From Marsupella aquatica (lineage: Eukaryota; Plantae; Marchantiophyta), in assembly GCA_973895155.1 (NCBI GenBank), contig OZ316899.1, positions 14,821,934-14,885,933 of the forward strand: a DNA stretch of 64,000 nucleotides. The letters run 5' to 3'. Shown here piece after piece: positions 26,602 to 38,228 of the stretch. The notes below the pieces were generated by a model that ran no database searches, was not told where the DNA came from, and worked only from the letters and a program-made list of their open reading frames with translations. The number at the start of each line of letters is the position of its first letter. Position 1 is the stretch's first letter. Position numbers and translations under genes: made by a program.

Positions 26602-29235
26602 TCAAATCTCCCCCTCAATCGTTGTATCTTGCAAAAGCTTTGTTATGCTGCGTATTCCTGTTGAATAAGTTAGTGATTGATGGAGGGACGGTGGTAGTGA
26701 CTTTGTAAGGATATCTGCCAAGTTCTGATTTCCTGGAATCCATTGTACATCAATTTCTTTTCCTTGTTGTTCGTGTGAGAAAAAGAATTTAGGCGCAATA
26801 TGTTTTGTACGTTCGCCTTTGATGAATCCGGTTTTGATTTGAGTGATGCAAGGCATGTTATCTTCTAAGAGTATTGTAGGTTTGGTTAATTTTGGTTTAC
26901 CTGTGTTGATCAAAATATGATCTAAGACTTTACGCAGCCATAAGCACTCACGACTTGCTTCGTAGAGAGCAATTATTTTGGAGTGATTGGAAGAAGTAGT
27001 AGTAAGTGTCTGTTTGGTGCTGCGCCATGAAATTGGTGTCGGGCCCATCAAGAAAATATATCCAGTTTGAGATTTACCATCTTGTGGGTCGGATAGATAG
27101 CCCGCGTCAGCATATCCTGTTAAATTGTAATCTGCATCATAAGGGAAGTATAAACCAAAGTCGGATGTACCAATAAGATAATGGAATATCCTTTTAATAC
27201 CATTCCAGTGTCTGATCATGGGCTGTGCGCTATGTCTTGCGAGTAAGTTGACCGCAAATGCAATGTCCGGTCGAGTTTGATTAGATAAAAACATGAGAGC
27301 ACCGATAGCCAAAAGGTATGGCATATCTGAACCTAGTAAAGGTTCGAAATCTTCTCTCTTCCTGAACATATCTTTCTGTATGTCCAAGGTACGTATATCC
27401 ATGGGGGACTTTACAGGTTTTAACAAGTCCATATGGAAATGTTTTAACACCTTCTTTGTGTAAGTCTCTTGATGCAAGAGAATGCCCGTTTGTAAATGTT
27501 CAAATTGAAGTCCGATGCAGTAAGAAGTTCTTCCTAAATCCCGCATTTTGAATACGCGTTTCAGTGTCTGTATAGATTCTTGCATCATCTTGTTTGTACC
27601 AAACAAGTTGAGGTCATCTACATAAATAGCAATTATTATGAATTCAGGTCCTTGATTCTTTATGAATAGACAAGGTGCAATCTCTGAATTTTGTATCCCA
27701 TGGATATCATCTCTGTTTTGAAACGCTGGTACCAGGTACGTCCACTTTGTTTTAGGCCGTAGAGTGAACGAAGAACCTGAATAGCAAATCGGGTCTTTCT
27801 ATTTCCAGGAGTTTCCTGGAATGCAATTGCTTTAGAGGTATTGTGGAGTACCAGCTTATTTAAGTAGTCAAATTCATTTGCATGTTTGTTTCTATGCATA
27901 TTTGAATCATGATTTGAATTTGCATGGAAATTGACACGTTCTATAAGCTGTGGTGGAGCTTCCATATAGATCACAGTGTCAAGTTGACCGTAAAGTTAAG
28001 CGGTCACCACATCTAGTTGATGCATTAAGAGTTTGTGTTGGATTGCAAATGCTATCAAGTAGCGGTAAGTAGTTACATCCATGACTGGTGAATAAGTTAG
28101 GTCATAATCTGTGCCATAGATTTGAGTATATCCCTTTGCAACGAGTCGAGCTTTATATCTCACAATTTCACCTTGGGAATTCCTCTTTTTGGTAAATATG
28201 ATTCTGTACCCTGTAAGGTGTTGGTCTAGGGAAGCAATGGTTATAGGACCAAATACTTTTCTAGAGATCAAAGAGTCTAACTCAGAGTTCATGGCTATTT
28301 TCCATTTAGGCCAATCTGCTTGGTTTTGTGCTTCTTTGATAGATTTCGGGTCAGGTAAGTTAGTAATATCGTGTGATATATGAAAGGCAAATTGATCATC
28401 AGGTATTACTCTGGTTCTATCTAAGATATGGCCAGTGGTATTATAATGTATGGCTATCTCTGGTGATATGATTCTGAAATGTGAGTATGGGTTTCTGGTC
28501 TCATTTCAGATGATGTTGGTAGTTTTTGCCTTTGTCTGAGTTGTTTATCGACATCCCCTACAGGGCATCCTCTCTTGGGTTTTAATTGTTGATCAGAAGC
28601 TAACCGAGTTCCAATTTGAATCCGGGATGGGGTATTTGCTGCTGGGATATGGGATTTTGTAACATTTGTTGTATCTGCAAATGAATCAGGTATGGCTTCC
28701 ATAATCTTAGTAAGTTGAATTATTCTTTTGACTTCTAATTCAACTTGATCTGTGCGTGGATCTGGACAGAGTTCAAGACTATCTTGCCAGGTAAATATTT
28801 TTGGTAATGTTTGCTGTTTGCCCTCTGGTAATGTTAGAGATGGAAAATGGTTTCATAAAAATGACAATCGGTAAATCAAGCTTTGAATATATCTGCAGTG
28901 GTAGGTTCCATGTAACGGATGATTGATGTAGAGTTGAATCCCACATAGATGCCTTTTCTTCTTTGAAGTCCTAATTTTGTCCGTTTTGGACCTAGGATTG
29001 GTACAAGGACTTGACATCCGAATATCTTCAAGTGTGAAATGTCTGGAGAATTTCCAAATGCCAATTGATGAGGTGTAATGCTGTTGAAAGCTGATGGTCT
29101 GTATAGGAGGAGAGACGTAGCATGTAAGACTGCGTGTCCCCATGCAGTTGCTGGAAGAGAAGATTGCATTAATAAAGGTCGGGCTATTTGCTGTATGCGT
29201 TTAATAAGTGACTCGACCATTCCATTCTGGAAATG
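26602..29235 (-). pseudogene. pol: Element D pol, 3' part (integrase end, RT, RNase H)
   Basis: HFQNG..E, YKARLVAKG, LYGLKQSG, TRPDIAF, GYADAGY; several stops and frameshifts. Confidence 0.92.
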
Positions 29236-29259
29236 CACTAGTACATTTTATTGCCCTTT

Positions 29260-29700
29260 TCCGACAATGAAAGTATCGGAACCCTTCGGCAACTTGTGAC
29301 CAGATTTTTGGAACTTCCGATTACCACAACATTGGTACATGCCATTTTTTGCACATCGGATATAGACCATCGGACAACTATCGGAAACACCGATATTACC
29401 TTCATTGGACCATCCGTAATCTAAAATATCGGATATTTTACTTTCCGATGCCGGAAGTATTGGACCACCACCTTTTTGCCTGTTCTGTTTAGTTCATGTC
29501 CGATTAGTGTCCGTTGGTTAAGACATCGGAATATACAATATTAGTAGTATTGCAAGTTCCAATGCGGTAAGATTTGGAAGATCCGAATGTTCTGGAATGG
29601 GAAAGTCCAATACACAAGTGCATCGGAAGGGCGTGGTTTTGGTTGGATGGAGTGGGATGATTTAAGTATCGGAATGGCATCGGAAAGAGCACTTTGGGAA
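29260..29700. repeat. Left subterminal ATCGGA/TCCGAT motif array of CACTA E
   Basis: Many atcgga/tccgat copies in both orientations; mirrored at ~60830-61125. Confidence 0.8.
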
Positions 29701-29726
29701 GCGGGGATGCCACGCTTATTAGCATA

Positions 29727-29790
29727 TTTAGGGGGTTAGGGTTAGGGTTAGGGTTAGGGTGAGGGTGAGGGTGAGGATTAGGTGTAGGGG
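29727..29790 (+). repeat. Telomere-like (TTAGGG)4 followed by TGAGGG variants
   Basis: Read directly from the sequence. Confidence 0.85.
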
Positions 29791-31422
29791 TGTTTTGGAG
29801 GCATTTTGGAGCTTATTGAAAAAACCATGCAACATAGATCTAATTAGAACCCATGCATGGCCAAAAAGGGTACTCAAGCCCCTAAAATGAATATATACAT
29901 ATAGACCCCAATATGTACAAGTGTGATCCACTCGAATCAAATAAGAAATAGCAGCCTGCCCCATATGGTCTACACTTTGTGCCCTAACACACTAGGCCTC
30001 TACTTTGCACATGCTGGTCAACTATCTGACTTGCTACCAGCTCAAAATGGAGCATATCGTCCCTTCCTCTTTTTGGAACGAGTCCATGGAGGTGGGGGTG
30101 GAGAAGCCTCGGTGAATGTGGTCTGGTCCATATTGGCTTGGTCCAGGTCGTCTGTCCCAAGTGTAGAGGCAACATGAGGAAGTGGACCAACCCCACCACC
30201 ACCACCATGGGAAGCCCCTGAGCCATGAGAGGGCACACCCTCTTCGCTACCTCGGCAAGTATGAAAGGAAGCTGCAGGACCCCCCTGTTAAACGCCAACT
30301 TCGACCTTGCGATTAATGGCCATTTAACTACCTTCTCCTCAGTAATCTCGTTTAAATGATTAACCGTCCTTCGAGAGGCGGCACTCCTTCTATCTCGACA
30401 CAGTCCCTGTAAGTGAATCCGACCAAGTGCTCTTGAATGTCGAGTTCCGTCTTCCACTTCTTAGGCACTTCAGCCTCGGCCAACACCAACCCCTCTCTAT
30501 ACACAATCTCAATGAACCCACACCACTCGCGGTAAGTGATCAAGCAAATCGGAATGTTGTCGTATAGTAACTGACGGGAAATAAGATGGGTACCGATAGA
30601 ACAGATCCACAGTTCCAGTGATCTTAAGGTAATCAAGGAGCAAGACTTGTCGTCACTGCTGTCTACATTCATGGTTTTTAGTAGCCGTGACCTGATTAAA
30701 TCCGGCTGTCCTTGGAATCTGCCTGCCTGGCAATTGATTTCCGGATTGTGTGGGTGACTATGACAAGGTTACCCTAAGCAAGTACCCCAGTATCACGTTT
30801 ACCCTTGTATGATGGAGGTGTATGACGACCAGTGTATCGCCTTCAAAACACACTATCTCCAACCAGACATTGCTTCTCACTAGCTGTGTGTTCAACCTAT
30901 ACCTTGAGGCGCTGGCCCGTAAGGTTCTGGTTCGCAATGAGACAATATTCATTCATCGTTGCGATTAACGAGTAACGACTTGCTGCATAAGGCAAATTCC
31001 TTCTCTCTTTCTCTCTCTCTCTCTGATTCGACATTCTCATTCACTGCTCAAGTGCGGACTTCACTCTGTTGCATTCATTCCAAACTCTCTCTTTATACTC
31101 AAAAATTACTCAACTGAGTAGGGACACTATTACAAAATTGCTGGTATTCATAAGGTGAGCGGAGCTCTACCTTGCCCCAGACTTCTAGCAAAAAGTGACC
31201 GAGCGACTAGCGCTCCACAGCCTCTAAATACCTATGCCTCGCGTCCATCTTTGCCCGAGGCCTCTACTACTTCTTGGGGTGAGCCGATTACAGTTGGACG
31301 ACTCGCGCCTCCTCTTTGATCTCCTTCGCTCATTTATCAAGAACGCTAACTAATGCCTACCAGAACGATGAGTGGAAGCCAAGAACTGCTGATTACTATG
31401 TCAAGAAGTTTTGTCTTCCTGG

Positions 31423-32028
31423 TTACTGAACTGTGCAACGGCCTCCTTGATTCCCTTCGGTTGCGCCTGATCCGGAAGCTTTCGGACTTCCGATTGTTAA
31501 TCTTGCCATATGTGCCTCGACCTCCTGACTTCTGTCATCTTCCTTGGGGTTGCTTGGTTCGCCGGCCACGATTACTTGTTCGGTGGTGATTAATCGCCAC
31601 GTAATCCGCTGATCGTGGCTGTTCTCCCGTCTTAGCAGCAGATTCCATTTCTTCCGCATGACCTTTCTACAGAGTTCTTCGATGGCCTCGTCGATGGTGA
31701 ATCGTTGGCGGAACTCTTTGCCCTTCATTCCGAACAATTGTTGCCCCGCCACATCCCATACACGACAGCTTCCTTCTTTGATCCGAATAGTGAACATGAA
31801 CATAGGCACTCCTTCGCCTAGCGACTTACACTCATGAGCTAACCGATTCCTGCTAACGGGGGTTCCTATATTCGCCCCCCTTTGCCTTCTCTGTCGAGCT
31901 CTTGTGCCTAAGGCACATACTCTGCCATCTGCTAGTAGGCCATCGCAGCCTTCATAGCAGAACTCAACTCCTACACGACCGTTAATCGAGATGGTCGTCG
32001 CCTCCCCTACTTCCAGCCTTTCTGTCAT
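31423..32028 (-). CDS. LTR-encoded protein resembling the RPA70 C-terminal OB fold (3' LTR copy)
   Basis: FCYEGC..C..HEC..PMFMFTIRI..VWD.AGQQLFGMK..EF..K(K)WNLLL pattern; 201-aa open frame in both LTRs. Confidence 0.6.
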   Translation of the reverse strand: MTERLEVGEATTISINGRVGVEFCYEGCDGLLADGRVCALGTRARQRRQRGANIGTPVSRNRLAHECKSLGEGVPMFMFTIRIKEGSCRVWDVAGQQLFGMKGKEFRQRFTIDEAIEELCRKVMRKKWNLLLRRENSHDQRITWRLITTEQVIVAGEPSNPKEDDRSQEVEAHMARLTIGSPKASGSGATEGNQGGRCTVQ

Positions 32029-32041
32029 CTCAACAAAATGA

Positions 32042-32968
32042 GATCCTCACCCCGTCAAGTCGAGTGGCAAGGACCACTAACACCGTCCCTAACTGCTCCA
32101 GACCGGCGAGATGTGGGTGCGGCCATAATTGACTCCTCCGGGCCCAACGACTTTGCATCTGAATTGTTCGCCCCTGAGCCCTCCTTCGAGTCCTCACCCT
32201 CCGACCCCTCCTCCACTGAGCCCTACATATATCCAACTAGCAATCCAGTTAGTGTATGCTCCATCTTACCACAGAATTTTCATCAACCAATTAAGACATT
32301 GCATTCAGAGGATTGTCCATACCGAACCCAACTCCTCCTCCATGTGAATCTTGAGAGCTCGCGGTCCATGCTTCTTAGCCAACTCCCTCTTGTCTGGTAA
32401 GATCGGCCGCCCATGCTCACGCTCCTACACCCCACACAAAATGGCCCCAACATCAAATTGTCCCCCATTAGTCCCTCCCTATCACACCCCAAGTAGTCCT
32501 ACATCCTCACACCCCCAAATACATGTACAATGGCCTTTGGATCCTACTAACAAATCTACCAAGGATTACCGATAAAAATTCAAATTATCCGATTAACCAA
32601 GTATCGGACCCCTCGTGCTAAAATATCGGACACACTGTCCGAATGTTGATCCGATACTGATACTATCGGATCATAATCGGACCCCAATTTCAAAAAAAGG
32701 TGTGATAACACTTCCGATTATGGGTCCGATACCGACAGAATCGGACCGGTATCAAAAAAACCGGCCCAGGAAAGAAAAAATACAGTGCCGAGAGCGGGCC
32801 TGACTTGCAGGACTCACCTCGACAAGGGTTTAGGGTTTAGGGTTTAGGGTTGGGGCTCTTTAGGCATACACAAGCCTCAGATGATCAAGAAAATTGAGGT
32901 GAGGAGCTTGGACAGAGGAGGGGGAGTACTTACAAACTCTGCCTTGAGACGTTGCAACCCACCCCGCC
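32042..32968. repeat. Ectopic copy of CACTA sequence 42992-43915 inside gypsy F
   Basis: Near-identical to 42992-43915; replaces one end of the 3' LTR and the PPT of F. Confidence 0.93.
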
Positions 32969-33290
32969 TGCTCCGCTGGTGCCTCGATTACTGATTCGGT
33001 TTGTGTCTCTAGGGTTGGCTCCTCGGCGGGCCTCTGCCCTTCCCTTTTGGCTGTAGTTTCCGAGAGATGGTCAGCCGCTGAAGGTCCCTGACTCACGATC
33101 TCTTGATCATCTTCGGGGTTGCTCCTTTCCCTTTCCGCTGACTCGGAAACTTCCAGCTCCATGCCCTCTGCTGTTGTCGGCCCTTCTCCCTCTGTGTGCG
33201 TGGGGGTGGGTGTCTCCTCCATCGTCGGGGTTTCGAGTAGTTCGCTGATAGTAACGCGTTTCTCGGTTTATCGTCCTCAAACTCATTTGA

Positions 33291-33782
33291 TCATTTCAGC
33301 TTCAAAGTCTTCATGCCCACCGGTAATGTGTAATGCCTATTACCGACCCTCGACCATTCGAATTTCACCTCGCGCTGATAGCCACTCCACTCGGGGTTCT
33401 CTCGTAATCTCCTTGCCAGTCGGAAATAGGGTTTTTGGTTTAACAGTTCTTTTGCGGCTGATGGTGCTCGCCCTTTGGATCCTAGTGTATCCTGAACTTC
33501 TAGTATAACATGTAATTTTCCCATGGAGTAGTCCTCAATACAGGGTATCGAGTTGGGTCCTATCAAAATCCGATCTGCAATCCATGTGGAAAAGGGTCCG
33601 TGTGTACATCCTACGATTACTACTCTATAAGGAAACCTTCTCCTCCTCTCTTCCTGGCCTTTGGGTAATTTGTGCTTCCAATCGTGGATCTGAAAGATTT
33701 CAGATAGGTCCTCCTCCGCTAGAACCACTGACTTGATTTGACCTGATTCCGTTGGTTCGTTTGATGGAATGGTTCCGTTCAC
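33291..33782 (-). CDS. Unknown ORF downstream of F pol, in the same frame after TGA-TGA
   Basis: 163-aa open frame; the frame is open from 33845; no recognisable motif. Confidence 0.4.
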   Translation of the reverse strand: MNGTIPSNEPTESGQIKSVVLAEEDLSEIFQIHDWKHKLPKGQEERRRRFPYRVVIVGCTHGPFSTWIADRILIGPNSIPCIEDYSMGKLHVILEVQDTLGSKGRAPSAAKELLNQKPYFRLARRLRENPEWSGYQREVKFEWSRVGNRHYTLPVGMKTLKLK

Positions 33783-33848
33783 GTAATCCTCTAACGGGTA
33801 CCCCTTGATCGTTAGTTCTCGTCCTTGTTCATTTGTGCTTTCTTCTCA

Positions 33849-36800
33849 TCATAGTGTGTCACGTGTGGTGGTCGCGACTAGCTTCTTTGCGTGTGCTAAG
33901 GGTCGCTCCTTGTTCTTGGCGGTGAGTGCCCCTCCGGTGGCTTTTGTAGATGCTTGATCAGGGGTCATGCTGATACAGGCTACCATTCTAGTGGGTAGCT
34001 CGTACCCTTCTCCATCCGCTTGATTCTCGTTAGGTGGTGCTGTCGGCAGTTGATAGCTGTCGTCGTCCTCGTTGAGCGCCGGTACCGTATCGGAGTCGTT
34101 GCCGACTTCGCTTTCCCCTGGGTAGTCGTTAAACGTATCCTCTACTTCTCGTAAGTACACGTCGTTCCTTACGTGGTACGACTTCATCTTATTCCCGTTC
34201 ACCCGCTGTTGCTCGCTCCCATCCTGGTTGGTAATTTCGAAGGTTCCGTTTCCCCACGCCTTGAGGACGGTAAAGGGTCCTTCCCATTTAAGTCTCAACT
34301 TTCCTTTTTTTATTCGTGCCCGCTTTCGGCACCACAGTACTAATTCCCCTTCCGTGAACGTGGTTACCTCCCGTTGATCGTCTATTCGTCGCTTGCGTTG
34401 TCCTTGTACATACTCTAATCGCTCTTCGGCCCTTCTCCGGGTTTCGGTAACCTCCAATAGTGCTTTTAACCGTCTAGTTAAACATGGGTTCTGATTTATG
34501 TTGTATCTCGCTGCGATTTGCAAACTAGGTAATTCGTAGTCTGTCGGCATACGGGCCTCAACTCCAAACATTAATTGAAAAGGGGTGTGGCCCGTGGTTA
34601 CCTTATATGCCGTGCGGAATGCCCATACTGCCGCCGGCAGCTGAACGTCCCAATTGTTTTGCTGTTCGTTAACCACTTTCCGTAAAATGTTGAGTAAGAC
34701 TTTGTTTGTTGACTCCGCTTGCCCGTTACACTGAGGGTAATAGGGAGTCAAAAACCGATGGCTTATATGGTAATTATCCGTCAGTTCCTGGATAACCTTG
34801 TTCAAAAAATGTGAACCTTGATCGCTCACTAGCTCACCTGGTAATCCATATCTCGTGATGATGTTCTGGTACAAGAACTTGGCTGTTACTCGGGCAGTGT
34901 TCTCCCGAGTTGCGATTGCTTCCACCCATTTTGTGGTATACTCTGTTGCTGCTAAAATATACTGGTTCTGACTATATCTGGAAGATGGAGTGATGGGTCC
35001 TATGAAATCTAGTCCCCATTTCTGAAAAATATAAGGGGCGATTATAGGCCTGAACTCCATGTTTTCCTTTATAGGTCCTGTACGCTGACACAGGTCGCAC
35101 GTTTTTACAAACTCCCGAGTGTCTTTATGGACAGTTGCCCACCAACGTCCTTGCTGAAGGATCTTCCTCAGGGTGATCTCGGTGCCGAAATGTCCCCCTC
35201 CTAGTCCTTCATGTGCCGCGATTAAGGCTTCTGGCCGTTCTTCCTCCGGAACTACTCTACGTAGTATGTCATCAGGCCCCTGGTAATAAAGCACGTGGTT
35301 GATCAAGGTGTAGGGTCTTGCCTTATAGGCGTAGACCTTCCTTTCCTTACTAGACAACCCCTCGGGGAATACTGTTGTGCATAAATACCTTTCTAATGCT
35401 GGTTCGTCATCCAAGGTCACTAGATTTACAGGATGCCTTTCCTTGGCGTCTTGAAATAGCTCCATATCCGGTAATTGATTGTCTTCTTCCTTGCCTGTCT
35501 CTCCTGATTCGAGTCTACTCAAATAATCGGGTATGACATGGGTTTTCCCGGGTTTATAAATGATGGTGTAATCAAACTCAGCTAATAACAAAATCCATCT
35601 TGCAATTCGGCCCGACAGCTGTGGTTTGTTTACTAAGTTGACCAAGGCATTATGATCTACATAGAATATGAATCGATTCCCAAGTAAATAATGCCTAAAT
35701 TTCTTTACTGCAAATATCATGGCTAATGCTTCCCTCTCAGTCGTGGTGTAGTTCCTTTCATGCACGTTTAACAGTCTACTGGCATAGTATACTGGTAAAT
35801 CGATACCTTGTTCTCCCTTCTGTGCTAACACTGCCCCCACCGCCACCAGAGAAGCATCTGTATGTAGATGGAACTCCCTCTTCCAATCTGGCTCCTTGAG
35901 TATGGGTGCATGGCACAACCGGTCCTTGATTTCTTCAAACGCTTTCTGACAGTCGTCGTCCCAAGTGAACGTTTGATGGTTACCCGTTAATCGTGCCAAC
36001 GGGGCACTGATTTGGGAGTAACTCTTGATGTAACGACGATAGAAACCTCCACTTCCCAGAAACCTTCTGACTTGAGTTGCACTATTGGGAACTGGCATCT
36101 CTTTAATGATTTTTATCTTATCTGGGTCTACTAACAAGCCCTGTTTACAAACTATGTGTCCTAATATCTTGCCCGATGGTACAAAGAAGGTGCACTTATC
36201 AGGGTTCAGGCTGATTCCCCCTTCCCTACATCTTAAGAGGCATAATCTGAGATGACCTATATGTTGCTCTTCCTCTCCGTATATGGTGAAGTCATCTAGG
36301 AAGATTTGCATAAACTGATTCAAATACTCATGAAATAACATCATCATTAATCGTTGGAATGTACTAGGCCCATTGCATAATCCAAAGGGTAATACGAGAC
36401 ACTGGAAAGCGCCCCATTCCGTAATGAAAGTGGTCAGCTCCCTTGCTTCCGTGGCTAACCGGACCTGACTGTACCCGCTGTACCCATCTAAAAATGAGTA
36501 AGCTGACTTTCCTACTACCACATCCAGAACTGCTTCTAGAAAGGGTACCGGAAAAGGGTATTTTATGGTCGCTGCGTTTAATTTTCTGAAATCAATGCAG
36601 ACTCTTAACTTCCCATTTTTCTTAGGTACTACGACTATCAGGGATAGCCACGTATAACGCTTAACAGGTTCAATGAATTTGGCATCAAGGAGCCTTTGGA
36701 TTTCTTCTTTTACCTTTTCCGCATAGTTGGGGTTCATCCTATATCGTTGTGTCTGCACCGGTACTGATCTTGGTACGAGTCGGATTCGATGTACGCCAAT

Positions 36801-38228
36801 TGACTCTGGAACTCCCTTTAACTCCGTGTAATCCCAGGCAAAAACATCTCGGAATTCGGCGAGTAGGGTAACAAGTTCCTCTTTGAGCTCGGGGGAAAGG
36901 TGTTTCCCTATCTTTACTTCTCGTGGTCGTTCAGTGTCACTCAAATCGACCTTCTGAATGTGCTCTTCTTTGGTGGCACTCCATCCCACCACCTTCTCTG
37001 CTATATCCTGCAAGGTGGTCTGTGCTTCTTCCTCCTTTAATGAACACTCCTGAATGCCTTGCGGGTCTATGTGTTTAAACAGATCGTTTCGTAGATCATG
37101 ATCCATTTTTTCTTTGGTCATTCCTTGCATCTCATCGAGCTTGACTATTTCCATATCTGAAATGGGGACTAAGTCTGGACGGCATTTTAAATAGGTCTCT
37201 TCTTCATCCTCATTCAACCCCTCTGCCCAGTTCAAGGTACAGACTCTGGCCATAGGTGGTACACCGTCCTCGATAGCCTTGGTTCTGATTTTGAAAGTCT
37301 CTCCTCCGTGTTCTATTTTTATATAATCCTTCTCTTCCCCCCAGTGTTGTTTTACTTTGGCCTGTCTTAGCCAAGGTCGTCCTAACAACATGGGTTGTCC
37401 TCGGGTGGAATCTGCTTCTCTCAAAACTACCACTCCTAAATTGTACTTGATGCTTGAAATGAGCATTGGTAAGTCTGGCACGTACCCCAGTGGGTGACAG
37501 CTGCTTTGATCGGCCATTATTAAATTAAAAGGGGCTGGTAAGAGTTTGACTCTGCCTAGCAGTCTGTAGGTCTGCTCACTCATGAGGTTTACGGCTGACC
37601 CTCCATCCAGCAATATGTTCTTTAGTTTGATGCCCCTTACGCTGATCTGTACTACGGCTCCTTTGTCGATTAGGGGAATCTTCCCAGCTTGGTACAGTGG
37701 TACTCCGGGTAATGTGGTAGGACTAATTCTGCCCCCCAACCGTCTCATTACTGCTTCCTTGCACTGTGGTGCTAACTGGAACAGTTCCTCGACAGTGATG
37801 TCGACTCTGGTCTTCGCGATGAGTTGCACTAGCTTATCCACTATTCGCTGGTTCGCTTCGGCAGGGTTATTCGGTGGTTCTTCGTCTCGTGGAAGTTGTC
37901 CCGTTTCTTGATCGAATCCCCCCATCATCACTCCCTCCTCTAGAATTTCCGTATCTGTCTCTGCGTAAGGTTCTGAACGCATTAATCGTTCAGGTCGTGG
38001 CAAAGTCTCGTTCCGCTGTTTGTGGCGAATTTCATCCGCCATTTCTCGGGTGGTTGCATCCATTTGGCTCCAATTGAATCCCCCTCCGTCTCCGGGGAAT
38101 TGGTTTGGGTTGAGTTCTCTGGCTGCCCTTGAGATCTTGTCACCACGTATGTTGACACTTGCACAGTATTCACAGGTGCTGGGGCTTTCCCCGCTATTTC
38201 TTCTTTTTCTTTCATGTGCTTCATCCAT
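33849..38228 (-). CDS. pol: Pol of gypsy F (PR-RT-RH-INT), intact 1459-aa frame
   Basis: LLDGGSAVNLM, VCIDFRKLN, IFLDDF, HTDAS, EREALA, H..GGHF..C..CQ, WGLDFIGP, SDQGSHF, NGQAE, WEGPF. Confidence 0.95.
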   Translation of the reverse strand: MDEAHERKRRNSGESPSTCEYCASVNIRGDKISRAARELNPNQFPGDGGGFNWSQMDATTREMADEIRHKQRNETLPRPERLMRSEPYAETDTEILEEGVMMGGFDQETGQLPRDEEPPNNPAEANQRIVDKLVQLIAKTRVDITVEELFQLAPQCKEAVMRRLGGRISPTTLPGVPLYQAGKIPLIDKGAVVQISVRGIKLKNILLDGGSAVNLMSEQTYRLLGRVKLLPAPFNLIMADQSSCHPLGYVPDLPMLISSIKYNLGVVVLREADSTRGQPMLLGRPWLRQAKVKQHWGEEKDYIKIEHGGETFKIRTKAIEDGVPPMARVCTLNWAEGLNEDEEETYLKCRPDLVPISDMEIVKLDEMQGMTKEKMDHDLRNDLFKHIDPQGIQECSLKEEEAQTTLQDIAEKVVGWSATKEEHIQKVDLSDTERPREVKIGKHLSPELKEELVTLLAEFRDVFAWDYTELKGVPESIGVHRIRLVPRSVPVQTQRYRMNPNYAEKVKEEIQRLLDAKFIEPVKRYTWLSLIVVVPKKNGKLRVCIDFRKLNAATIKYPFPVPFLEAVLDVVVGKSAYSFLDGYSGYSQVRLATEARELTTFITEWGAFQCLVLPFGLCNGPSTFQRLMMMLFHEYLNQFMQIFLDDFTIYGEEEQHIGHLRLCLLRCREGGISLNPDKCTFFVPSGKILGHIVCKQGLLVDPDKIKIIKEMPVPNSATQVRRFLGSGGFYRRYIKSYSQISAPLARLTGNHQTFTWDDDCQKAFEEIKDRLCHAPILKEPDWKREFHLHTDASLVAVGAVLAQKGEQGIDLPVYYASRLLNVHERNYTTTEREALAMIFAVKKFRHYLLGNRFIFYVDHNALVNLVNKPQLSGRIARWILLLAEFDYTIIYKPGKTHVIPDYLSRLESGETGKEEDNQLPDMELFQDAKERHPVNLVTLDDEPALERYLCTTVFPEGLSSKERKVYAYKARPYTLINHVLYYQGPDDILRRVVPEEERPEALIAAHEGLGGGHFGTEITLRKILQQGRWWATVHKDTREFVKTCDLCQRTGPIKENMEFRPIIAPYIFQKWGLDFIGPITPSSRYSQNQYILAATEYTTKWVEAIATRENTARVTAKFLYQNIITRYGLPGELVSDQGSHFLNKVIQELTDNYHISHRFLTPYYPQCNGQAESTNKVLLNILRKVVNEQQNNWDVQLPAAVWAFRTAYKVTTGHTPFQLMFGVEARMPTDYELPSLQIAARYNINQNPCLTRRLKALLEVTETRRRAEERLEYVQGQRKRRIDDQREVTTFTEGELVLWCRKRARIKKGKLRLKWEGPFTVLKAWGNGTFEITNQDGSEQQRVNGNKMKSYHVRNDVYLREVEDTFNDYPGESEVGNDSDTVPALNEDDDSYQLPTAPPNENQADGEGYELPTRMVACISMTPDQASTKATGGALTAKNKERPLAHAKKLVATTTRDTL

